Shown here one piece after another: positions 56,958 through 64,000 of a stretch of 64,000 bases of DNA. This DNA comes from an uncultured Candidatus Saccharibacteria bacterium. Its GTDB lineage: Bacteria > Patescibacteriota > Minisyncoccia > Phycocordibacterales > Phycocordibacteraceae. The notes beneath the pieces were generated by a model. That model was not told where the DNA came from and searched no databases. It saw nothing but the letters and a program-made list of their open reading frames with translations. Position numbers and translations under genes: made by a program. Every line of letters starts with the position of its first letter. The first letter of the stretch is position 1. The stretch is taken from positions 54 to 64,053 of the forward strand of contig CAYXYP010000005.1 in the NCBI GenBank assembly GCA_964469405.1. The letters are read 5' to 3'.

Positions 56958-57822
56958 AGGAAGGATAACCGAGCCACGTGCGCATGCGATGCATTTTTAC
57001 GGCAAGATTGTTTTTAAGAGCCGAAAAAAGGGCGGCAGCAAATCCCGCACACGGGAGAGGAATCTCTCGCTCGCTAGGAACGGCAATAAGGTCAAATGGG
57101 GCACTATCACCAAAGAAGAGCCAGGCACGGGGAGCTATAAGCGCGGCCAGTAGCGTTACGCTCCCGACACGCGCAAGCATTCCGTGCCCGTCTTCAAGAG
57201 GGACATAGAGCCGATACTCGCGCTCCGAAAAGAAGCGCTCCAGAGCTCGCAATGAGGTATGGTGGGCGCGGAGTTGCGATATATTCACTTCGAAGAGCAC
57301 CACGGGCCGCATACGGTCAATAAGCCGCGTACCACCCCGAAGTACTTCCAATTCCATTCCCTCGACGTCCATCTTAATGAAATCGGCATCCTCTACTTCG
57401 TCGTCGAGCATCACTACAGGAATGTTGCCCCCCGGCACAAGGGTATTCGCTCCAGCGTTCGATGCATTACGAACAAGCAGTGTACCGCTTCCCTTTTCAC
57501 TCCCAAGTGCTTTATGTACCAGCTGAAGCGGCACATGGTTCTCTGTAGCGTTACGCGATAATAGAGCAAAAGCTTCGGGAGACGGTTCAAATGCAATTAC
57601 CTTCTCGACTACATCTGCGATGGGTATAGAGAAAGTGCCAATATGTGCACCAATATCAACGACAATACTCTTTTCGTTCACAAACTGTCGCGCTACTTGG
57701 AGTAGAGTTTCGTTCGGGTACGTACTGCTCTCAAGCGCCCTCATCATTTTTTTGTCTCGCTCCGGATCAATCGTAAATGCTCCGTAGCGAGTATCTATTG
57801 TACGTGTCATGTGCATTTCCAT
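56941..57822 (-). CDS. FkbM family methyltransferase
   Basis: VDIGAHIG, AFEP, FIKMDVEGMELEVLRG. Confidence 0.88.
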   Translation of the reverse strand: MEMHMTRTIDTRYGAFTIDPERDKKMMRALESSTYPNETLLQVARQFVNEKSIVVDIGAHIGTFSIPIADVVEKVIAFEPSPEAFALLSRNATENHVPLQLVHKALGSEKGSGTLLVRNASNAGANTLVPGGNIPVVMLDDEVEDADFIKMDVEGMELEVLRGGTRLIDRMRPVVLFEVNISQLRAHHTSLRALERFFSEREYRLYVPLEDGHGMLARVGSVTLLAALIAPRAWLFFGDSAPFDLIAVPSEREIPLPCAGFAAALFSALKNNLAVKMHRMRTWLGYPSYGRPN

Positions 57823-57828
57823 AGGTAA

Positions 57829-58707
57829 TTACTTCCACAATTTACGCACGCGTTGGAGCCATGGATACATCGGAAATTTCCGCACCCAGTATTTGAATCT
57901 GCGCAGACTACTACTTTCGTCAATATGGGCCGGGTAGCGACGAGAGCGACGTGGAAGGACCTGAAGTTTTTCTACATCGAGAGGAAGATTGTGCCACAAT
58001 AAACGATCATAGCCAGAAATACATAACGTTCCATCATACAGTTGGAAAAGTTTCGTTTCGTATTGGTGGTCGGTATGTAGAGCATCAATAGAATTGTCAA
58101 CAACGCCAAACTTCGGAAATAATTCTTTCAATACAAAGAAGGCGTTTATTTCATTTGCGGCGACCAATTCATACCCCTTGCGTTTCCCAAGTTCCACAAA
58201 AGCACGCAGTGATGATCCTTGAAAGATTCTCATATCGCGCGGCTGGATAAATACGACATCGTTAGGGATAGTTGGGTTAAATTCAACCAGCATGACTCGC
58301 GGACGATACTCGGTCATAGCATTCCACAGATGATACTCGTTCCCATCAATATCGAGAGAAAACAAATCAAACGTATGGGGCAACGGTGTACGCGCAAAAA
58401 TACGATCGAGTGAATCCTCGCCCTCGAAGGACACGAAGGCATTCACACAAAGAGCACGGTCGAGACCGATGTACTCCGTCTTTAACTTCTCAAAATAAGT
58501 CTGATCGGCTTCAATAAGTACCCCGGACCATCCACGACTCTTAATCAGACGCCGAACATTACTGCCGTGCACCCCATTCAATGCACCGAGGTCAACACAC
58601 CACTTCTCACCTTCGCCAATGATCTCAAAAATCTTTTCAAGAACCCCATCCTCGCCATGTTCGGAAGTGGTGTTATGACCATACGAAAGAAGATCGCGAT
58701 TAGACAT
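57829..58707 (-). CDS. FkbM-like methyltransferase
   Basis: SEHGEDG, VDLGA, GWSGVLIEAD, SLDIDGNEY, EFNPT; start placed at ATG 58707 (MSNRDL). Confidence 0.8.
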   Translation of the reverse strand: MSNRDLLSYGHNTTSEHGEDGVLEKIFEIIGEGEKWCVDLGALNGVHGSNVRRLIKSRGWSGVLIEADQTYFEKLKTEYIGLDRALCVNAFVSFEGEDSLDRIFARTPLPHTFDLFSLDIDGNEYHLWNAMTEYRPRVMLVEFNPTIPNDVVFIQPRDMRIFQGSSLRAFVELGKRKGYELVAANEINAFFVLKELFPKFGVVDNSIDALHTDHQYETKLFQLYDGTLCISGYDRLLWHNLPLDVEKLQVLPRRSRRYPAHIDESSSLRRFKYWVRKFPMYPWLQRVRKLWK

Positions 58708-59851
58708 ACTCGTGCGTGGAGGTGTTCTCTTGTATGAACTGTACAACGTGCTTGGCGCGAGCGCGCCAAGAACACGCACGGGATGCTGCAAGAGCGGCCT
58801 CTCCACGGCGCTGTGCCTCTTCTGGATGTTTGAGTACAGTGCGAATCTCCTGTGCGAGACTACTCGCATCGTCGGGTTGATATAGAAAAGCGTTAGATGT
58901 GGAAATAATTTCTCTCATTGAGGGAGTATCTGCCGCAACAATAGGGACACCGCACGCCATATATTCAAACGCCTTCATAGGGGAAGTCCAACGATACGAT
59001 AATTCATTACGTGCGGTACTCGTCATCAATACCGCGTCAGCAGCATTAATCCATAAGGGCATATCTTCAAAGACTCGATCGCCATAAAAAACAAGATTTT
59101 TCGGAATGTCAGCTACTCCCGTCACTTCCACAAAGCGCTCGCGTGTACCGCCTACTACACCAATTGTCGCATCATCCCCAAGTAGTCGCGCCGCAGTCGG
59201 CAGTATTTCAAGTCCCTTCCAATCAAGTATCCGGCCGACATACAACACTAACTTTATATCGCGTGCAAGTGCGAGACGCTCACGCGCTTGCACACGCGGT
59301 ATCGGGAAAAAATGTGCCGCATCGACCGCATCAGGAGCGACTATAATTCGCTCCGGAGTTACCGAAAATACCGTCTGTAAACTTTCTTTAATCAGACGAT
59401 TAATAGTTACGGCCCCGGAGATGCCATGGAAAAAGAATCGATTGATGAGCGTGCGGGGTTTGCTCCCGTGCATTTCCGAAAAATAAGGGAGTCGAAGTAA
59501 TGGTAACTGTGCATACGACCATTCATCCAAGTCAACCGTATAGAGGACTACTCCTTTCTCATGCCTTCGATGCCATAGATACAAGAAAGACGAAACCATG
59601 AAGGAAAAAGAACTCACCCGATACAGAATCCTTCCTTTGGTGTACCAATCGAAAACAAAGAGTGTTACTTTTTGAATATCAACTCGTAGGCCATAAAATT
59701 CTCGTACCGATTGCTCGTCAGTTCTGCGACGTGGCACAACAAGTGTTACCTCTACACCCTCTTCAATAAACGCTTCGCACATCTTGGCTATCTGAATGCC
59801 ATGAGCCCTTTCGGTCGGCATTCGAGCATTAGCAATATAATACAGCTTCAT
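58700..59851 (-). CDS. GT4 family glycosyltransferase
   Basis: RMPTERAHGIQI, YVGR...KG, TSPMKAFEYMACGVPIV. Confidence 0.9.
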   Translation of the reverse strand: MKLYYIANARMPTERAHGIQIAKMCEAFIEEGVEVTLVVPRRRTDEQSVREFYGLRVDIQKVTLFVFDWYTKGRILYRVSSFSFMVSSFLYLWHRRHEKGVVLYTVDLDEWSYAQLPLLRLPYFSEMHGSKPRTLINRFFFHGISGAVTINRLIKESLQTVFSVTPERIIVAPDAVDAAHFFPIPRVQARERLALARDIKLVLYVGRILDWKGLEILPTAARLLGDDATIGVVGGTRERFVEVTGVADIPKNLVFYGDRVFEDMPLWINAADAVLMTSTARNELSYRWTSPMKAFEYMACGVPIVAADTPSMREIISTSNAFLYQPDDASSLAQEIRTVLKHPEEAQRRGEAALAASRACSWRARAKHVVQFIQENTSTHEYV

Positions 59852-59893
59852 GAAGTGACAGTGCTATTATAACAAACCTGACCTGAGCGTACT

Positions 59894-61354
59894 ATGTTAC
59901 CGCCAATACGAGACATAACGGGTTCGTTACAACGACTTATTCACACGCAAGAAGCGTTCCTTTTCATGCTTGCATTCGTCATACGAATTGCCGTATTCGT
60001 ATTTTTATTGTGGTGGTTCATACTCACTGGCCATATGCCGAACGTCGCTTCTGCATATCCAGTTATCAGCGGAGATTCGGCAAGCTATGCCGACCTCAGT
60101 CACAATCTCTTTTATCACGGAATGTATTCTTCCTCCGGGACATTCCCGCCCGTACCGGAAAGTTTTCGTCTGCCAGGATACCCTTTTTTCTTATTTCTCT
60201 TTGAGATCCTTCCCTTTCCGCTTATTTTTGCAATACTCGTCCAAATAGCTTTCGCGAGTGGCAGTGTCGTTCTTCTGTATCTTCTTGGAAAAAGATTCCT
60301 CTCGGAAAAGACCGGATTCATCGCCGCGATTCTGTTCTGCATTGAACCCATGTCGGTCTTTATGTCCGTTCTCATCATGTCTGACACAATATTCGTGTTC
60401 GCGATGCTTCTTGGTATTTACACTCTCTTCTGTCGTACCCCTACTTCGCGACAAGCACTATGTATTGGATTACTTGCCGGTATGATATTCGGCTACGCGG
60501 TGCTCGTGCGCGTAATTGCGCAATACCTTGCCGTCTGTTTGCTCGCCGCATACCTGCTCGTGTTCCACAAAGAACTCCGACCACTCTCTTCAACATTCCT
60601 GAAACTTGGGGCTTTCATGGTAGGCATTATCCTTGTCATGACTCCGTGGTCTGTTCGCAATTACAAGCAATTCGGAACTCCTACTATATCCTCTACTCCT
60701 TATATTAATTTTACCCAATATAATTTGGTCTATTTTTCCGCCTACCAACAACATACAAGCCCGCAGGCCGTACATCACCTTTTTTCGGACCCTATACCCT
60801 ACCCGGTGGATTCACCTTGGTTTAATTCTCTAATCAACGAGCCTATCTTTGTTAAAGAAATGAAGGATACGTTACGAGGGAATCTTGTTCCCTATGCCGA
60901 ATTCCATCTCATTAAAACCATACCGTTTTTCTTTACCGACAGCTTCCGTGACATCAATCGTGTCACTGGGTTATTGCCCCAAGATTCGCGTTCCATTAAT
61001 TTCTCCGACCTGCTGGTCCAAAAAGAATTCGGGAAAATTATCCGCTATTTTATGACTCCCGATGTAAATATGTGGTTACTTCTCACCGGGTCATTCATGT
61101 GGGCCACCATCAGCTTACTGTGGATTGGGGGACTCCTCTATGCTGTAGTGAAACGAACTCAGAAAGTTTGGTTTATTCTCTTTGCTTCATGTGTCATTGC
61201 GTACTTCGCTATTTTGAGCAGTCCCGTCATTCAGCCTCGTTATCGCATTCCTGCCGCTCCTTTCATGCTTCTTTTGGCAGCCGAATCTGCCGTAATGCTT
61301 TGGGGTTATTATAAAAATAAAAAATCGCGCTCTGTGCCAATCAAGCTTATTTAG
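59894..61354 (+). CDS. GT-C fold membrane glycosyltransferase (ArnT/PMT-like)
   Basis: [31 protein letters not shown]; many TMs. Confidence 0.75.
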   Translation: MLPPIRDITGSLQRLIHTQEAFLFMLAFVIRIAVFVFLLWWFILTGHMPNVASAYPVISGDSASYADLSHNLFYHGMYSSSGTFPPVPESFRLPGYPFFLFLFEILPFPLIFAILVQIAFASGSVVLLYLLGKRFLSEKTGFIAAILFCIEPMSVFMSVLIMSDTIFVFAMLLGIYTLFCRTPTSRQALCIGLLAGMIFGYAVLVRVIAQYLAVCLLAAYLLVFHKELRPLSSTFLKLGAFMVGIILVMTPWSVRNYKQFGTPTISSTPYINFTQYNLVYFSAYQQHTSPQAVHHLFSDPIPYPVDSPWFNSLINEPIFVKEMKDTLRGNLVPYAEFHLIKTIPFFFTDSFRDINRVTGLLPQDSRSINFSDLLVQKEFGKIIRYFMTPDVNMWLLLTGSFMWATISLLWIGGLLYAVVKRTQKVWFILFASCVIAYFAILSSPVIQPRYRIPAAPFMLLLAAESAVMLWGYYKNKKSRSVPIKLI

Positions 61355-62058
61355 TCAACGAATCGATATTTGAGTATGGTCCACAATATTAAAAAACCGT
61401 GCCGCCAATTTATTTTTTTACCCTCATCATACCCGCGAGGATAGTAATGTATCGGCACATCAACAATTGAGTGACCTCTCTTCAGCAACCTGCACACCAC
61501 CTCGTTATCGAAATCGAAGTTGTCCGTCTTGATGTCGACCGATCGGAGAACAGATGTCGTAAACGCCTTATAACATCCTTCATACTCATTGGCGTTATTC
61601 CTATACAAAATGTTCGTCAGTAATGTAATAACATGATTACCAATCCAGCCAAGAATTCCTACGGAAAAACGATTACTTTCCCGTAAACGATCTTCAATCC
61701 GAACACCATTAGTCACTTCGGTAACCCCACGAAGTATGGGTTCGATAACCGCTGGATAATCATTGGGGTCGTACTCCAAATCGGCATCCTGAAAAATAAT
61801 CAGATCTCCAGTCGCTTCCCGAATACCACACTTAAGTGCGGCGCCTTTACCGGGCCGCATTTCTGTCAGTACCCGGACCCCCTGTACGGAACGAGCAAGT
61901 GCGGCAGTCGTATCATCTGAATTATTATCGATGACGAGTATTTCTTTTTCAAGCGAACCGGTATCGGCGGCGACAACTCGTTTTAATATCTCCAAAATAG
62001 TCTCTTCCTCATTCCAGGCGGGAATGAGGACAGACAGTTTCTTATATCTCATGAACAT
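61351..62058 (-). CDS. GT2 polyprenol-phosphate glycosyltransferase (DPM1-like)
   Basis: [36 protein letters not shown]. Confidence 0.9.
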   Translation of the reverse strand: MFMRYKKLSVLIPAWNEEETILEILKRVVAADTGSLEKEILVIDNNSDDTTAALARSVQGVRVLTEMRPGKGAALKCGIREATGDLIIFQDADLEYDPNDYPAVIEPILRGVTEVTNGVRIEDRLRESNRFSVGILGWIGNHVITLLTNILYRNNANEYEGCYKAFTTSVLRSVDIKTDNFDFDNEVVCRLLKRGHSIVDVPIHYYPRGYDEGKKINWRHGFLILWTILKYRFVD

Positions 62059-62095
62059 TCATCATACGATGATGGTGCGTTATAGTACAGAATAC

Positions 62096-62521
62096 ATGAA
62101 TATCAGAGCATGGGTGCGCGCGTTCCTGCTTTCGCGTATTGCACGCGCTCTCGCTGTGGGGGTTGTGGCGGTTACCGTACAAACTATTATTTTTGAGATT
62201 ATTGGTATTATTTTTCAGCTTGTTTCCCCTAGCACCGCCGTCGTAATAGGCGCGGAGGCGGGCATTCTGACGAATTTTTACCTCAATAACCGTTTCTCTT
62301 TTCATGACCGCCAACACGATATTTCTCTTCTTTCACGACTTCTTCGTTTCCATCTTGTCGTTAGTGTCTCCGTACTTTTTGAGTGGCTACTACTATTTAT
62401 AGTCGAACGACAGACGGATAGCATTCTTCTCATTCAGGCCACGTATGTGGCGGGCATCATCATCGGTTTCGCATGGAACTATACATGCTATCTCCTCTTT
62501 GTATGGAAATCGCGGGAATAG
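62096..62521 (+). CDS. GtrA family flippase-like protein
   Basis: Four TMs, NFYLNNRFSF, WNY...FVW; start placed at ATG 62096. Confidence 0.85.
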   Translation: MNIRAWVRAFLLSRIARALAVGVVAVTVQTIIFEIIGIIFQLVSPSTAVVIGAEAGILTNFYLNNRFSFHDRQHDISLLSRLLRFHLVVSVSVLFEWLLLFIVERQTDSILLIQATYVAGIIIGFAWNYTCYLLFVWKSRE

Positions 62522-62856
62522 GTGTCGACGTTGTCGAGATTGAAGAGGTGAGAAAAGCCCGTTTTAAGAAACGACTTGCCGAGTATTTCCTCACCCGAGA
62601 AGAAATGCGCTATATACCAAAAGGATCAAAAGAAGTCGAATTTCTCGCTTCTCGCTTTGCAGCAAAGGAAGCAACGATAAAAGCATTCCCTAAAAAACTG
62701 AGACCTCATGATTTTGCTGTCTTAAAAAAAGGAGCGCGCCCTTATATCGTCTTTTCTTCTCAAAAAGATGCCCTGCGCTATACTGTACATATAAGCATTT
62801 CACACACGAAACGTATCGCAACAGCAGTTGCAATAGTTGTTGAATGTGCCGTATAA
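62503..62856 (+). CDS. acpS: Holo-ACP synthase (4'-phosphopantetheinyl transferase)
   Basis: GIGVDVVEI, FLASRFAAKEATIKA, ISISH; start ATG 62503. Confidence 0.9.
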   Translation: MEIAGIGVDVVEIEEVRKARFKKRLAEYFLTREEMRYIPKGSKEVEFLASRFAAKEATIKAFPKKLRPHDFAVLKKGARPYIVFSSQKDALRYTVHISISHTKRIATAVAIVVECAV

Positions 62857-62864
62857 AGAGCCTC

Positions 62865-64000
62865 ATGGATTCCCTCACCTATATCCGGTCATATGCGAAA
62901 ATCAAAGAGCATCCCAGGAAAGGATTGCTCCGAATTCCCATAACTCTCATTACTAATTTTACTGATGATGTGCTCGAAAAGATACTTGGGGGTATGTGTC
63001 TTGCGGAGAAGATACTCCCTACAATTACCCGAGCCCCGTACAAGCAATACCATCTCTCATTTAAAGACAAGACGGCGCAGCTGTACGCAAAGAAACCCCA
63101 GATTTCTTTCATTTTTTTTGATATCAACCCTTACCAACACGGAGAGTTTACCGATTCCAAGACCCACATTGAAGAAACTCTCTCTGATCTGCGCACCTAT
63201 TGCGACGCCGTCGAGACGTTAGTAGTTATGAATCTTTCGCCGCTTCCCTACAACAATCCGTACGGACATTTCTATACTGACGATCCACTCTTTGTACGCA
63301 CACAGGAATGGAATGCCCGTCTCGTCGCACTATCGAAAGAGACGTCGAACCTCTATATCTTTGACACAAATAAGATTGTCTACCAGCTGGGAGAAAACAA
63401 TATTAGGGATATGCGCGGTTCGTATGCATTTGACATCCCATTCACGAATGACTTTTCCGTCGCTCTATGCCGCGAATGGATTGCTTGTATCCTCGCGATT
63501 AGAGGACGGTCACGCAAGTGTATTGTGCTTGATTTAGATAATACTTTATGGGGAGGTGTGGTAGGAGAGACTGGTCCGCTTGGCATCGCACTTGGCCCTG
63601 GGTATCCTGGTATAGCCTTTCAGAATTTCCAACGAACACTCCTGCGACTCTGGGAAAGAGGCGTCATTCTTGCCATTGCGAGCAAGAACAATCTTGCTGA
63701 TGTAGAAGAGGTGTTTGAAAAAAATCAACATTTTATATTGAAGAAAGAACATTTTGCCTCTATACGGGCGAATTGGGAAGATAAAAGTGAGAACATCGTC
63801 GACATCGCAAAAGAATTGAATATTGGAACTGACAGCATGGTGTTCATTGATGATTCTCCCCTTGAGAGGGAGAGCATGCGAAAAGAACGGCCAGAAGTAT
63901 TCGTTCCTGAATTTTCCGTTGCTCCGGAAGAATACGTGAGCACTCTCCTGTCATTCAACGTGTTCCATCAAATGTCGCTTACGGAAGAAGACAAAAATAA
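62865..64000 (+). CDS. FkbH-like HAD-IIIC glyceryl-ACP transferase/phosphatase (partial, runs off right edge)
   Basis: Not in the ORF track. Frame from ATG 62865 contains KCIVLDLDNTLWGGVVGE, ASKNN, NWEDKSENI, LNIGTDSMVFIDDSPLERE. Confidence 0.9.
   Translation, partial: MDSLTYIRSYAKIKEHPRKGLLRIPITLITNFTDDVLEKILGGMCLAEKILPTITRAPYKQYHLSFKDKTAQLYAKKPQISFIFFDINPYQHGEFTDSKTHIEETLSDLRTYCDAVETLVVMNLSPLPYNNPYGHFYTDDPLFVRTQEWNARLVALSKETSNLYIFDTNKIVYQLGENNIRDMRGSYAFDIPFTNDFSVALCREWIACILAIRGRSRKCIVLDLDNTLWGGVVGETGPLGIALGPGYPGIAFQNFQRTLLRLWERGVILAIASKNNLADVEEVFEKNQHFILKKEHFASIRANWEDKSENIVDIAKELNIGTDSMVFIDDSPLERESMRKERPEVFVPEFSVAPEEYVSTLLSFNVFHQMSLTEEDKN

Overview
This window looks like a Patescibacteria (CPR, Parcubacteria-like) chromosome segment. 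That assignment is an inference from compact genes, mostly absent Shine-Dalgarno sites, a short Obg, a SecA without the SEC-C motif, and Ser/Thr/Gly-rich giant surface proteins. It has three blocks. (1) 1-11081, minus strand, the most unusual part: a tightly coupled, highly divergent F1-ATPase-like operon (b-, delta-, alpha-, gamma-, beta- and truncated epsilon-like) with no recognisable subunit a. At the atpE position is an exported protein whose C-terminal hairpin resembles subunit c (GRNP loop) but lacks the proton-carrying carboxylate. The operon is bracketed by three genes sharing an N-terminal excisionase-like HTH plus a membrane helix. One of them is a giant repeat surface protein missed by the ORF track (start 2359, running off the left edge). 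I infer a rotary ATPase repurposed for something other than ATP synthesis, linked to surface filaments. (2) 11163-20867: housekeeping and envelope genes (gatB, obgE, secA, an unlisted 25-aa histone-like peptide, murB, an O-antigen-ligase/TPR protein, a secreted protein). (3) 20977-64000: a ~43 kb mosaic surface-glycan locus with GT-C/GT2/GtrA genes, MBOAT+SGNH acylation, an ABC flippase, formylated nonulosonic-acid genes, a second divergent NeuB, a split TPP enzyme, ColD-like, HddA and ArnA-domain enzymes, methyltransferases, and AcpS with FkbH. No tRNA, rRNA, CRISPR array or mobile element was recognised. All family calls come from reading motifs by eye; no database searches were run.
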